The notes under the pieces: model-generated | What the model was told of the DNA's origin: nothing | Databases searched by the model: none | What the model saw: only the letters and a program-made list of their open reading frames with translations | Made by a program: the position numbers and the translations under genes | Origin: Candidatus Latescibacterota bacterium | GTDB taxonomy: Bacteria > Latescibacterota > UBA2968 > GCA-2709665 | Assembly (NCBI GenBank): GCA_965237675.1 | Contig: OZ250150.1 | Location: 4,576,001-4,640,000, forward strand | Direction: 5' to 3' | DNA: 64,000 nt | Part shown: piece after piece, positions 30,276 through 41,841 of the stretch | Layout: every line of letters starts with the position of its first letter | How positions within the stretch are numbered: the first letter of the stretch is position 1

Positions 30276-30670
30276 AGCAATACAATACACGTTAGATGGT
30301 CGCTTTCCAGTACGTGCACAAGCCTAAAAAGCCTTGCAATTCATACAAAACCGGGAAATACCGTCTCAGTAGTTTTATGCACAAATGACAATTGCGATCC
30401 TTTGTTGTTTAAGGATCACTTTTTTATTATCCTTAAAATACCGCCCGGTTTCTCTGGGCAAGAGACGAGAAAAGGAGGATGTAATGGGTGCCGGTACTGT
30501 TGTTATGGGATGGATCAATCGAGTAGTAAGGGGTGCGCGTCCTGAAACCGTGATTCGGGAACAAGAAGAAGATCCATTTCTGGCCCGGTCCTTGCAACTT
30601 GATGAGGACATGCGTACTGGTAAGAGCAGGACGCTATCTGTTGAGCAGACCAAACGGGAACTGGAGAGGC

Positions 30671-30836
30671 TAACAGTCCGTTGATAAAGTCGCTCTGCAG
30701 GCGAGGCCGAGCCATTGTGGCCGAAGACAAGGCGCGCGACCGCGTCGAATCGGGGGATTCGGGGAGGGAGTGCAACGCAGTAATTCGGCCATAAGGGCCG
30801 GACGCAGCCCGGATGGACTTTTTCAACGGGCTGTAA
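30671..30836. mobile_element. MITE with IS5/IS1182-like ends
   Basis: TAACAGTCCGTTGATAAAGTC ... GACTTTTTCAACGGGCTGTAA (18/21 inverted match). Confidence 0.65.
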
Positions 30837-31188
30837 AAGAGGGGTGCGAGGTGAATGAGGGCCGTCGGCGACGACGGACGAGAAGGGCACCGGGGCCTTC
30901 TCAACAAGAACCGAAGCCATCTGAACCGGTGTTGTAGGATCTTATAATTGAGGACCGGGTTCTAAAATTTCTTGAGAATAGCGTCCAGGATAAGTTGAGG
31001 GAATCGGCTATTCATCGTCTTGAAGCGCTTAGAGACCCCGAGAACAGAAGGGGATCGATAAAGATCAAAGGGCGGCCAAAGAGAGATCCAATGTTCCGGG
31101 AAGATCTCGGTCGGGGCAGGTCCACAAAACAAAACGAAGCTTCCGGTCCTGATGTGGGTTGTATGCGATGGCTTTGCGTTAATAGTCG

Positions 31189-31665
31189 TTAGTCAGCCGA
31201 AGGAGAAATCGTTCTCTTCATTATGTACCGAGCCTCTTCATATCCGTCCTTCAACTCGACTTCCCCTCTTTTCCAGCCGAGACGTTCATAGAACCCCTCT
31301 GCGCGGGTGTTCGTTTCAGTTGTCAGCCAGATCTCCTCCGCTCCACTTTGCCATAGCCAATCGACCGCTGACTCCATCAGCCTTCGCCCGATTCCGCGAC
31401 CTTCGCATGCCGGAAGGACGAATAGCGCCCAAATGGATCTGGAATCGACGTTCGCGATGCAGAATCCGACGACATCGTCGTCAACTTCCGCTACCCAGCA
31501 CTTGCCGCAGGTCTGAAACAAATCCGCGACACGCTCAGGGGTTATTCCTGACGCTGCCAGTTCAGCCTACGTCATCGCGTTTTCCGTCGTCGCCGTTCGG
31601 ATCTCGAATATCGCGGGTATGTCGTCTACGATGGCTTCCCGGATTTGGACCGTATCGCTGGTCAT
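31189..31665 (-). pseudogene. GNAT acetyltransferase with one in-frame TAG (31567-31569)
   Basis: IREAIVDDIPAIFEIR...ENAMT*AELAASGITPE...LFVLP..EGRGIG...AEGFYERLGW all in a single frame. Confidence 0.85.
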
Positions 31666-31958
31666 ATTACTCTGTCCCGTGGCATGTGGAAGTCTGGCGC
31701 GGCGACGCAGTGATTCGGATTCGCGCGCCATTCGTGCATTTCGACAAATGGCACGACAAAGGGGCATCGGTTGAAATCATGGCAGGACTCAAATGCGATT
31801 GCCGGAAGCAGGCCTCTTCATGTTCCCTCTCGGCAGCCTCCAGGCCTTAGACGCCTGACGCCGCCTTCCGCCGGACGCGACGACGGGCATTGAAATACAG
31901 GGCGGCGTAGTAACAACCGGTTTTCAACAGCTGTTGCGCCCCACTGGGAGCGAGTGAG

Positions 31959-32770
31959 TCAGGTCAGCCCAATGGAGCGAATTCGGTCACTGTAGTGCCG
32001 CTCAAAAGCAGTTCGAATTCGAGATGATCCCCACGCCTCTCCTCGTCTTTCCATCGAGTCCACAACGACGGAGCCGAAGCCACAGGCCACATAGTGGCGA
32101 AGGTCTGAAATATCCGCCTCGAAGAACCCTGAGTCCCTCAGACGCGAAAACAATCGAAAGGCTGGCCAGACTGGATTGTGAAGCAACACGCCGACCAGTA
32201 TCTCTTTGCTTCCCAGGAACGCTTGTTCAAAATCGATGAACGTGTATACGACGCCATCCCGCAGGAACAGATTCCCCGGATTCCAATCCAGTTTGATCAA
32301 CAGCTCTTCCGAAAGCTCAACTTTCGCAACCTGCTCGCTGAGTTCGTGGAAAAGCGGGGCGAAATCGTCGCCATTGGATGCCAGCCGAGACAAACTTTCA
32401 TGTAGCGAGGCGAGAGTCTCATCCGCCCCCCGCCCTTCGAAATACCGGTCTTTCAAGTCCGAACAAGGTGCTGACGCGTTGAATAAATGTGCGATTTGAT
32501 CGACATAACTATCGGTCAGCATGTCCAAATCGTCAGTGGTCGGATCTACGTCGTGCATCAGGGGCCGGTCACGCGCTCGATTACGATGAAGGCGTCCGGA
32601 CTCGAATCCAATAAGGTCGGAATCAGCTGAGATCCACCATAGTGCCGGTAAAAACCAACCTCACGCCTGTACTTGCCGGCTGGGTCGCCATTCTGATTGT
32701 AGGTCTTCCTGACTGAACCGTCAGGCAGATAGTCGATCTGGCTCGTACGGCCCGGACCTGGCGGCTTCAT
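31959..32770 (-). pseudogene. APH/kinase-like protein split at ~32558
   Basis: N-lobe VRKTY, REVGFY and IVIERVTG; C-lobe DWNPGNL and FIDFEQA. Confidence 0.6.
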
Positions 32771-32795
32771 TGACTGTCCTCACTAGCGCAATTGC

Positions 32796-32878
32796 TGTTA
32801 ACTTTTTCGCCGCGCTCGAACCGCGAAGCGGTTGCGCCGAGGGCGAATGGTCCGGAGCCGGGCACGGGCACGTTATGC
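32796..32878 (-). other. attC-like site
   Basis: Minus strand GCATAAC ... GTTAACA with a central hairpin AACCGC-TTC-GCGGTT and TTCGCC/GGCGAA arms, between co-oriented genes. Confidence 0.5.
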
Positions 32879-32903
32879 GGTCGGGGTCCATCGCCTCCTT
32901 GAC

Positions 32904-33843
32904 TCATAAGTGTGCGATGGGCTTCTTCAGAACCGTCCACAGACCTGACATTCCGAAGTGTCCGGTTTCCTCAGGTTGAACCGCCATGGTCTGAAACTCA
33001 AGAATCTCGAAATAGTGTTGCAGAATGCCCCTCAGCCTATCTTCAGAGTAGCCAATTCCCGGCGGCATTTTCCCCTCTACATATACCTCCCAGTCCTCCA
33101 CGGGTCGCCAGACATAGCACCCTGCACCCCGCCAAATCGCCCAGGATTCCTTCACGGTTATCGGCGATTTGGACAGCACGATCTTCCGTCAAGTCGAGAA
33201 CAGGACGTGAACAAACAATCCCGGCTTCCGCGAGTGCCTCCCACTTGAAGATTTCAAAACCTGCTGTCTCGACTTCCTGAACCAGACTCTCTGGCAAACC
33301 CCAGTAACGCGTTGCGATCCCATTCTCTATTTTGCATCGGGTCACGGGATCAAACGGATAATCTGCCTCCTTTGGCTCACCGCATTTTGTCATGACGATG
33401 AATAACCCCTGAGACTTCAGTACACGATGAACATTCTTCAAGAATGCAATGCGGTCTTCGCCGATGATACAATGCAGGCAAAGGGCGTCTATGATCACGT
33501 CAAAAAATCCGTCCTCGTTCGGCAAATCGAGGACGTTCCCAACCTGGAAATCCGCTCTCAGATCCTGTTCCTCAGCCTTCTCCTCTACCCAGGCAATCGC
33601 CGTTGGAGAGATGTCGATTCCATAGGCTTGAAAGCCCTTCTCTGAAAGTAGCAGAGAAAGATCGCCGGCGCCACATCCTGACTCAAGCAAAGTGCCCGGT
33701 TACAACTCGAACTGCTGCAAGACATTGGTCACTCTTGCAAACGAATCCTGATAGAGTTCCGGTGTATTATATCCTGAAGCACCCTGTTGCCTGAGTTTTT
33801 GGAATTTCCTCTCAAAAACCCCTGGATAGTCAGTCCTCAACAT
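32904..33843 (-). pseudogene. Mosaic of SAM-methyltransferase fragments
   Basis: MTase (LESGCGAG; frameshift plus TAA at 33700) runs into a second MTase N-terminus (SRPVLDLT..GDLAGCRVLCLA) and a third C-terminus (DWEVY..GIGYSEDRLR..FGMSGLWT). Confidence 0.65.
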
Positions 33844-33930
33844 TTGTTGCTCGCCTTGGAGAAATACGTGAGGGATAGCGGTGCCATTGCCTCTTCATAT
33901 CCTATCTACAAATCCCAAATCTGCCGTGGC

Positions 33931-33997
33931 ACATAGCGTTTCACCGTTTGCGAACCTTACGCAGCTTGGTTGAAAGAGGTCAAGCCGCGGGTTATAT
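33931..33997 (-). other. attC-like site
   Basis: ATATAAC contains the GNAT stop codon; 5-nt spacer, then GCTTGACC ... GGTGAAAC; eroded R' GCTATGT. Confidence 0.55.
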
Positions 33998-34522
33998 CGG
34001 CATTCGTAAGGTAGACAGGTCACGCCTGAAGCGAATTTGTCGTCCTTCATCTCGAATCCCACCATCACGGCGCCACCCCATGCCCTCGTAGAACGCGATT
34101 TCTCGCTCGTAACCTTCTACGCTCCACAGTATCGCCTCATCGTAGCCGTCTACAACCAGATAACGTAAAGCGACAGACGCCAATGCCTTACCAACGCCTG
34201 TGCGCCAGTACGACGGATCGACAGCAATCGTATCAAGTTCACCGAGATGTACATCGACCGGACCTCGGCTGGGTCCGATGCCGACGAACCCTACAGTCGA
34301 ACCCCTACGCTCGGCTACCCACCAACGATGTGGGACAGCCTGACCAAGATCATGTCGCCAGCGATCAGCAAGGGATGGCGTCACAGTTCTATCGACCTGC
34401 GACAGCAGTGCGCCAAATCCAGCATTCCACGAATCGACATAAATCCGTGCTACAATCTTGGCATCAGCGGCTGTAGCCGAACGGATCGTTGGTGGTAATT
34501 CTCGTGTCCTGTTTCGTCTCAT
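33992..34522 (-). CDS. GNAT acetyltransferase
   Basis: IRSATAADA, VDPSYWRTGVG and FYEGMGW. Confidence 0.88.
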   Translation of the reverse strand: MRRNRTRELPPTIRSATAADAKIVARIYVDSWNAGFGALLSQVDRTVTPSLADRWRHDLGQAVPHRWWVAERRGSTVGFVGIGPSRGPVDVHLGELDTIAVDPSYWRTGVGKALASVALRYLVVDGYDEAILWSVEGYEREIAFYEGMGWRRDGGIRDEGRQIRFRRDLSTLRMPI

Positions 34523-35643
34523 CTGATTGCGATTGGTTCTTCATCCTGTGGCACGTTTCGTCCACGAGTGGCCGAATCTGCGCAGCAGGTTTGTCCGAAG
34601 CGACGGCGGGCAAACGATGATATTAAAAATAAAAAATCCCCTGTATGGGATGTTGCCTCGAACGTCCAATTTGGGTGGTGAATGAGAGCGTCATTTTCGC
34701 GCAGCCAACCGGTCAAACGCGTTGGGACGACGTCTTTGCTGCTGTATCCAACATGGTCTCGTGCTCCTTTGCCCTCTCGTTTGCTCACTAATTTACGGGG
34801 GACCGCTGTCTCACTAATATAGGCACAGAGGGTTCCCCTGTCCAAGCAAAGTCAGGAATATTCACCATCACAACTGCCAGTATTGCCAATGATCGTGTCA
34901 TCAGATGTACCCTACCTTATCGTCGAGTAACCTAAACAGTTGGAGTGAGGAACAGGAGCTATCGATTCGTGCTTCCGCTTTTTTCGACTGGTACGACGAT
35001 AACAAAGGATAAAGCGATAGAAGGTTTTGTGAGCGATTACCACGGTGGTTGGACTCTGCCTTTGCGCCAGTTTTGCATAACGACGGCATTGGCGAACATG
35101 TACGGTAATGCGGGCCAGATCGGAGAATTCCCGAACGTTCGGGAACATCACACTTTGAAGCTTGTATCCCGAACATATTCAGAGATGCATCATATAGTGC
35201 CATCGTCTCAACCACATCGCTACCAATTTAAACCTGCCTCAATGTATGCAGAGTGATCGGGGTCTTTGCGGGACCCCGATCGTCACCCAAGTATAGATCC
35301 CTGTGGTCTTTGGGCTTACCTGCAGGATAAACACCTGGATAAATCGCGGGTCAGGGCTTCAAGTTCAAACCGGTTCGGCAGCGGGAGCGCCCATTACTTC
35401 GCAGCTATCCGCGGCGAAAGATTCGGCAATTCACCACGCCTGGTCCTCAGTAATTACCGATGTTGGCAAATTCATGACACTCCGAGGTATCTATACGAGA
35501 CGTTTTTCATTCCAGGGGTCGGTGTCGCCTGTCGTCTCCCGTTTTGCGAACCCCGAGAAGAGTTTGCCGGCAGGCCGGTACGCGCACGCGACTTAACGAT
35601 ACGCTGTTCTGATGCATGAAGCCATTCCGTCAGAAGTCGGTCC

Positions 35644-36009
35644 TCACGAGTCGGGGGCCGTTCGTGTCACGGTTGACTTGAAAAACCGCTCCTGGAATTC
35701 CGTCAACGCCAGGATCTGCTCGTCGGAGTAGTCTGTGCCGGAAGGTACGACAACAAGCTTGTCGTCATCGTCGTCAGATCGTAGAATGACGGCGATACAC
35801 CTGCCCCTGAAGCTCTCTATCGGCTTGAACACACCGAGGATATAGGCATCCAAATTTTCTCCATCGGGCGCCGGCACGCCAGGAAGAAATCCGTAGTTAA
35901 CCGGATAGATGAACCCGGCTTCAGGATGCCTGGATCCCAGAGGGCGGTCGATCGAAACCTGGACAATCTTTCCAATAAACGTCCTGGCGTCCACGATTTC
36001 GCCTGGCAT
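35644..36009 (-). CDS. Small inorganic pyrophosphatase-like protein
   Basis: IDRPLGS.HP..YPVNYGFLPG...DGENLDAYILG and DDDDKLVV. Confidence 0.85.
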   Translation of the reverse strand: MPGEIVDARTFIGKIVQVSIDRPLGSRHPEAGFIYPVNYGFLPGVPAPDGENLDAYILGVFKPIESFRGRCIAVILRSDDDDDKLVVVPSGTDYSDEQILALTEFQERFFKSTVTRTAPDS

Positions 36010-36048
36010 GTCTGATTGTCTTCCGGTAAGATGTCGACTCAGGCACTT

Positions 36049-36393
36049 TCACGGAGGATCGTAAATGCAGGCATCGAGAATACTCAAGACTTCATTGAGC
36101 ACAGACTGAGGCGCTTTTGAGACAAGCTTCGCCATCCGGCTGTTGAAATCAACTGATTTGATCTGTTCTACCATAATATACCCGCTGATTGGCTGTCCTT
36201 CAGGAATGGCAACATGAAATGGAATATCCCTGAAGGTGCTGGTGATCGGGCACACCATGGCAAGCCCTGTATGTCTGTTGAACATCGTCCGACTGATGAC
36301 CAGTGCGGGTCGGCGGCCCAGCTGCTCATGACCGGACTGCGGACTGAAACTTAGAATGACGAAATCGCCTTTTTCTGGAAAGTATTCCGGCAT
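36049..36393 (-). CDS. mazF: MazF/PemK toxin
   Basis: FSPQSGHEQLGRRPALVIS, VCPITS and EQIKSVD..R. Confidence 0.93.
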   Translation of the reverse strand: MPEYFPEKGDFVILSFSPQSGHEQLGRRPALVISRTMFNRHTGLAMVCPITSTFRDIPFHVAIPEGQPISGYIMVEQIKSVDFNSRMAKLVSKAPQSVLNEVLSILDACIYDPP

Positions 36394-36642
36394 TTACCAC
36401 GCTTCTTTCCCAGTGGGATCTCCCCAATCCAATGCTTCGACCTGATAGTTCGACGGCATTCTTGAAACCAGTTCGCTCAGATCGTACTTCCCCTTCACCC
36501 TGGTAAGAGGTTCCACGATGATCTGTCCATTCTCGACGGAGACATTGACCTGATCTCCAACATTGATTTGGGCTTCCGACATTATCGCCTTGGAGAAACG
36601 AAGTCCCTGGCTGTTACCCCATTTTTGCACTCTGGTCACCAT
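36394..36642 (-). CDS. mazE: MazE/AbrB antitoxin
   Basis: VQKWGNSQGLR and DWGDPTGKEAW. Confidence 0.93.
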   Translation of the reverse strand: MVTRVQKWGNSQGLRFSKAIMSEAQINVGDQVNVSVENGQIIVEPLTRVKGKYDLSELVSRMPSNYQVEALDWGDPTGKEAW

Positions 36643-36674
36643 CGGCTGCCTCCTTCAATTCAGCGAATCCATGA

Positions 36675-36695
36675 TGTATATACTAAGTATATACA
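36675..36695. promoter_or_regulatory. mazEF operator palindrome TGTATATAC-TAA-GTATATACA
   Basis: Perfect 9-bp arms ~33 bp upstream of mazE. Confidence 0.8.
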
Positions 36696-36880
36696 ACCAT
36701 CTGTCAGATGGCAAGGGGTTTCAATACTGGATGCGCGGAACGCCCCCTCCTTCACGACAAAGACAAAGTCGCTGCCAGCCTTACTCTCCGTACGCAATCC
36801 CAATCCATCGACAGCAAAATCATACATTTACAGCGCGGAAGCCTTTGGGGAACGCGCTGGTTCGCTCCACCGCCCAATTA

Positions 36881-37002
36881 CCTCCCCCCTTTAGGGAAAA
36901 TCGCAGAAGCCGAGCCGGTCCACTAAGCACTAGCCCTGAGCCTACGGTCCCTGAGCTTGTCGAAGGGCCGAAGGGCCAGGCGACGGCTGATGCGGTGGGG
37001 GA
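36881..37002 (+). repeat. Dispersed repeat CCCCCTTTAGGG..TCGCAGAAGCCG..GGCGACGGCTGATGCGGTGGGGG with nested hairpin insert
   Basis: Second copy at 50495-50592. Confidence 0.8.
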
Positions 37003-37173
37003 ATGTACACCCCTCAGAAATCATCTCCGATTCACCGTTACAGACAGGCAAGATCCGCGATGCAGGTGCCTACGGGCTGTTGGCGGCGAAAATATAAGAC
37101 GCCAAAGGGCGTATGCGCCGCAGTCGCGACTCGTTGTTGGACGTCGATCGAGACCATCTTCTCGATGAGCAAG

Positions 37174-37788
37174 TTAAGGAAGGAATTCCGGGCCTGGCCT
37201 CATGCTGCGTGCAGTCGGTTGATAGAACTGGTCGTTCTCCAACTGAAACCAACCAAGCGGCTTGCCATCCGCGTCTGCCACCTCGATCCAAAGCTCAAGT
37301 TGAGGACGCCGAATTTCTCTTAGCGCCATAGCTTCAGGGGACCCCAATTCCGCTGACACAACAACGCCATCCATTCTCAGGAATGCGCTACCTTCTGCGC
37401 GATACTGGAGATATTCAATTGTGTCGCCCTTGGAAAACCTGAAGGTATCGTGCCGGCCGCCACCTCGGTAGTAATCCGTCTTCGACAAATAGAATACCCG
37501 TCCGTACGGCCCACCTTGAATTGAGCCATCCTCGCGCGCAAGAAATAGGCCGGGCGTAACCGTTCTGAAGCGGACATCGTTCGGCTTGATAACTTCACCA
37601 CGGGCGAGACGAATCGTATCCGCAATTCCGGAAAGAGCCATGGGCGCTTTTCGCAAGACCATCTCATCTCCGGAAGCCTGAATCCTGTGGGGACCCTCAC
37701 CCGGAAACACACTGCATTCGAATGCCAAACCTGGATTTACCAGCACAGCAATGGCGAAAAGCTCGGCGAAAATCACGACCCTGTACAT
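37174..37788 (-). CDS. Hypothetical secreted protein
   Basis: ATG after AAGGAG; signal peptide; GDTIEYLQYRAEG (SH3-like flavour). Confidence 0.6.
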   Translation of the reverse strand: MYRVVIFAELFAIAVLVNPGLAFECSVFPGEGPHRIQASGDEMVLRKAPMALSGIADTIRLARGEVIKPNDVRFRTVTPGLFLAREDGSIQGGPYGRVFYLSKTDYYRGGGRHDTFRFSKGDTIEYLQYRAEGSAFLRMDGVVVSAELGSPEAMALREIRRPQLELWIEVADADGKPLGWFQLENDQFYQPTARSMRPGPEFLP

Positions 37789-38064
37789 AAAGCTCTCCTT
37801 TTCATTATCATCTACGAATTTTATTATCAAACAGTTACGAAGAAATGTACCGAAGCCTGGAAGCTCCGGACGTTCAGGAGAGTCCCACGTTGATCAATTA
37901 GTCCGAGCAAATCCCGGAATGTTTCCTAACGCGGTTGCGCTTTGCTCAACCCTGCCTGCGCCGAGCGCAGTGCGGCAGGCAATCCGTCAACCCTACCTCT
38001 GACCCACTATCATAAAGACGAAACCCTGGAAGCCGAACAAAACCGGCTATGCTTCTTGTATCGG

Positions 38065-38507
38065 CTAGCCGGGCGATTTCACCATCTGAAAGTGCGTATC
38101 ATCTTCGTCGACAATCTCGAATCCCAGCCGCTGGTAGAACGAAATACCGCGAGTGTTGATCTTCAGAACCTGAAGCCTGACCGCCATTTTCCGTGCACGG
38201 GCATCACGGATAATAAGGCGCATACACGCCATCCCGAGCCCCTTCCGCTGGTATTCAGGAAGGAATTAGATCTGGTGGACTCTAACTGCATCGGCAGTCG
38301 AGGACGTGGCAAAGTAACCGACGTCGATCCCCTGAAACTGGATGATTTGTACATCCTGTAAAGCAAACCGCAAATCTGCAGTTCTCGCTGATCGATTCCG
38401 TCCCAGCCCCAGACCAGTTCGGCGTATTGCCGAAACGCCGCCTCCTTCACGGCAAAAGCGAAGTCAACGTCCGCCTGGACCGCCTTGCGAATCCATAATC
38501 CTTCCAT
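38065..38507 (-). pseudogene. GNAT acetyltransferase, frameshifted and with an internal stop
   Basis: YAELVWGWD in one frame; LPEYQRKGLG...LQVLKINTRGISFYQRLGF in another. Confidence 0.8.
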
Positions 38508-38525
38508 AGCGACACTCAAGATACC

Positions 38526-38591
38526 ACGTACCGACGATCTACCCGTGACGCGCCCCGATCGACGATTGCGGAAAACATCGTGCTGTTATGT
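38526..38591 (-). other. attC-like site
   Basis: ACATAAC contains the upstream stop; ACGAT/ATCGT arms; eroded R' GGTACGT; 66 bp. Confidence 0.5.
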
Positions 38592-39176
38592 CGCGCCAAT
38601 GGATTCCTCGTCCCCGATGCTCGGACATATGTCAACGACGTCAAAGCCGGGGCCGGAAAGGACGACCCAGGACGGCAGACCCAACTGTTTCCACAACGCG
38701 AAAGGTTCCAATTCTGAAATACGGCTCACGAATAGGCTAATTACAGTCCCATGGGTGACAATTGCCATGTTCAGCCGTGGAAAGCGGTCTGAAAGACCAT
38801 ATACGGTCTTCGAGAACCTGTCATACGCGCTGTCCGCGGATTCATCACCGAAAACACGATCGGCGGGTTGCTCGTAAAATCGTCTGATCGACTGCTCGAA
38901 TCGTTCTTTTTCCAGAAAACCGACGTTCTCGCGCACATGTTCGTGCAGCCCTTCGATAATTTCCATGGGGACCTTGAGCAAGCCGGATACGATTTCAGCC
39001 GTTTCCATGGCCTTGAGTTCGATGCTGCTGATAACCAGATCGAGATCATACCGGTCCAATTCCTCCCCGAGTATCCGTGAACGGACGCAGCCTTCCTCGG
39101 AAAGATGCCAGTCCTTGGCGGGGACGGCAGGATCGATCTCCGGTAACGAGTGTTTCACAAGAACAAGCGTCTGCAT
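38586..39176 (-). CDS. Histidine phosphatase family protein
   Basis: LVLVKHS, GLHE and AIVTHGTVI. Confidence 0.85.
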   Translation of the reverse strand: MQTLVLVKHSLPEIDPAVPAKDWHLSEEGCVRSRILGEELDRYDLDLVISSIELKAMETAEIVSGLLKVPMEIIEGLHEHVRENVGFLEKERFEQSIRRFYEQPADRVFGDESADSAYDRFSKTVYGLSDRFPRLNMAIVTHGTVISLFVSRISELEPFALWKQLGLPSWVVLSGPGFDVVDICPSIGDEESIGAT

Positions 39177-39319
39177 TTTCCGGCGTCCCGTACCTTTCTT
39201 GTCTGCTGTCCCACTACGCTTTCCAGGCGCGGAGACGCGCAGGCGGTGCAACCGTCAAGCGGTTTAGGTAAGCGACTCAGCCCGAACTACATGCGCGGGT
39301 CTGTTCGATTCAGGCGTTC

Positions 39320-40123
39320 CTATTTGTCAATGACTGCTTTCCAAAGCAGGCGACGCTGCCGAATATCAAGCTTTCCATGTTTTCCGTGGCGGAAGAAAAT
39401 GGCCTTCAGAGCTTCTTCCACTTCGGAATAGGACGGTGTATCAGCTGGGGGCCGTCCGAAAGCAAGCGCCTTGTATAACCGTCCGGGGCCGTCCAGCAGG
39501 GCAGGCACGTCGAAAGTCCAACAACTGTGCAGTTCAATCCCTGCCTCCGCCAGGGCCCCCTTAACCGTATCCAGCATCACGTCCGGAAGGTGGTGGTTTT
39601 CACGATCGAAGGGTTCCGGCAGCTCAACATTCCATTCGGGAACGGGTAGTCGACCCGACATGCACAACTGAATAAGAATGCCTCCGCTTCTTACAACCCG
39701 TTCCGCGTCAGCGATCCAGTGTACAGGCCCCCGCCGAGAGATGATCAAGTCAAGAGACTCGTCCCCGACCGGTATTCTCACCCTCCCCTGATTTGCCTTC
39801 GCGCTTGAATCGTGTACGAGGAACGTGACATTTTCCAGCCCGACGGCCCGGGCATTCTCCCGCGCAAGTTCGATAAATGAGGGAACCGGATCGTACCCCA
39901 GAAAGCTTCGACAGAGCGGGGCGAGCCGAAGTGCGTCTTCACCATGTCCGCAGCCCACGTCCATCACGTCCTTGTCAGGGCGCAGATGCGCCTTCACAAA
40001 ATCCAGGTAGAAGACTTCCCCACCGCATGCTCCAACCTCCACGTCTTGTGATGTGGAAGGATAGCCCTGCTGAGATCTCGCGAGTCTCTTGTACCACTCT
40101 ACGCTGTGCGGACGCGGACCCAT
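39320..40123 (-). CDS. Class I SAM-dependent methyltransferase
   Basis: VMDVGCGHG and LDLIISRRGP. Confidence 0.88.
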   Translation of the reverse strand: MGPRPHSVEWYKRLARSQQGYPSTSQDVEVGACGGEVFYLDFVKAHLRPDKDVMDVGCGHGEDALRLAPLCRSFLGYDPVPSFIELARENARAVGLENVTFLVHDSSAKANQGRVRIPVGDESLDLIISRRGPVHWIADAERVVRSGGILIQLCMSGRLPVPEWNVELPEPFDRENHHLPDVMLDTVKGALAEAGIELHSCWTFDVPALLDGPGRLYKALAFGRPPADTPSYSEVEEALKAIFFRHGKHGKLDIRQRRLLWKAVIDK

Positions 40124-40140
40124 TGGCAATATCTCTTAAA

Positions 40141-40241
40141 CGAGAACAAGAGGTTTGACATCGCTTGTTACGGGCGCTGTCGCAGGCTCACATGTGCGGC
40201 CGTTTGGTCATCCTGGCAGGCAACAACGTCAGGCGTTAGAC
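40141..40241 (-). other. attC-like site
   Basis: Minus strand GTCTAAC-GCC-TGAC ... GTCA-AACCTCTT-GTTCTCG immediately before a gene start. Confidence 0.5.
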
Positions 40242-40746
40242 TGCCCCGGAAAAAAACCGGAAGACATATTGATCGGTTCCTGTCCAGGACTGGGATAACA
40301 GGATGTTATCCCGTCAGGCGCAACTTGATATAGGGCTCTTCGCCGGAAATGGAGAGTTTTCGCTGTGTTCGTGACTTGCCGGGTTGGTGTTGGGGAACGG
40401 GTCAATGCAGCAATTTCAGGCGGTACTTCGCCGTTTCTCCGGATATGTGAGACATCACGGGTTTGTGGTTCATGTGGGGGCGGAGGTGTCCGGATCCGGG
40501 AGCGGTTGTTAATTGTTGACTCGGGGCAGGATTGCGGGGAGGTGTACCTGTGTAGCACGCAGCTATTTTCGGATTAGTCAACATGCCCTTCGGGCACCGT
40601 AATGCATGGGAATTGTCGCGTTGACAGACGTGTGAATCTCCAGGCGTTCAGCGGTCTGCCTCTTCCGCGGGACCCCGGGCTGGTTGTGGGATGGGTGGTC
40701 TGACGGCCGAAAGCTGAAGGCTGACAGCTTGTTTTCAGACCAGGAA

Positions 40747-40960
40747 TTACTTCAGGTTCAATTCCAATTTCTTACCCAACGCCGTGGCCGCTTTTCTCAG
40801 CGTTGACAACCGAATGTCTCCGGCGCGGTTTTCCAGGCGAGAAATCGCTGTCTTCTTTGTATGCATCAATCTGGCGAGTTGTTCCTGCGTTAAGCCGGCC
40901 TCTTCTCGGGCCCGACGCAGCAAGACGCCGAATTCGAATTCCTTATACCCTTCCTCCACT
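40747..40960 (-). pseudogene. 5'-truncated XRE-HTH antitoxin
   Basis: EEGYKEFEFGVLLRRAREEAGLTQEQLA..KKTAISRLEN...IRLSTL; no start codon of its own. Confidence 0.75.
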
Positions 40961-41647
40961 GATTTTTTCTGAAAGTTCACCAGGTAATGCGTTCTCGCCG
41001 AGAATAAGATAGGTGTAGGCGGTACCGTGCTGCCATTCACCGTAAGGATAGGCTGCGTAAGGTACCAGTCCTTGGAAGGAAAAATGGGTATGCCGCGGAA
41101 GTTCGCCAAGTACGCCCGTGACCTTCACCGTTCTCTCAGATGATTTGCCTGCGTATATTTCCAATGCCTTTCCCAGGGGATCCACGTCGCCGAAGTAGCG
41201 TTTTGCCATGTCTTGGGAGATCACGATCGCATCCGGCGACGCCAGCGCGGTACCCGGATCTCCCTGTACAAGTGAAAACGAGAATACGTCGAAGAAGTTC
41301 GAGGTCGCATACAACAATTCTTCTTCGGTAAATTTCCGGTCCCGATATGCCATCGGGCTACCTGCAATTGATACGCGCTTAATGCGGACTGCATGTTCAA
41401 TATCGGGAAAATCCGCAACAAGCTTTGGACCGAGATGTGCAAAAGTCGATGGGCGATTCCACGTCGAGAATCTATAAATTCGGTCGGCGTATCGGTGAAA
41501 CCGGTCGTATCGCAGTTCATCCTCTATCAGCAATCCGATCATCAGACAGCAAGCAATCCCCACGGCAAGTCCGGCAAGATTGATGGCCGAATAGAGCTTA
41601 TAGCGACGCATATTGCGAATAGTGATAAGCAGCATGTTTCGGAACAT
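40943..41647 (-). pseudogene. Truncated paralogue of the MacB/FtsX-type ABC permease
   Basis: Closely similar to the first ~230 aa of 42218-44635; breaks at ELSEKIS. Confidence 0.88.
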
Positions 41648-41724
41648 GGCCGGCGACACCTATTGATCTGTGCAGCGACCTTCAGGATTGGCGCATACGG
41701 GAGATGATAGATTATACACGATAA

Positions 41725-41841
41725 ATCAATAACCGTGCCTAATTGACATGTGCATATTTTACAAGGAGTTATATAATAGGAAGAAAGTCAAAACAATCGA
41801 GATGTGTTTGTTTTTGATACAGTATTGTTTGAAAACGGACA
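41725..41841 (-). promoter_or_regulatory. Sigma54-type promoter with upstream activator-like sites (copy 2)
   Basis: AGGCACG-N4-TTGAT; TGT-N11-ACA (41805-41821) and TGT-N10-ACA (41826-41841). Confidence 0.65.

Noticed and set aside
30484-30684. Small + strand ORF resembling an addiction-module component
   Set aside because: The similarity is too faint and its end runs into the MITE.
31567-31569. Amber (TAG) recoding suggested by in-frame TAGs in the GNAT, higB and cadherin fragments
   Set aside because: Many intact genes end in TAG at natural C-termini, TAA lesions also occur, and no pyl genes are visible.
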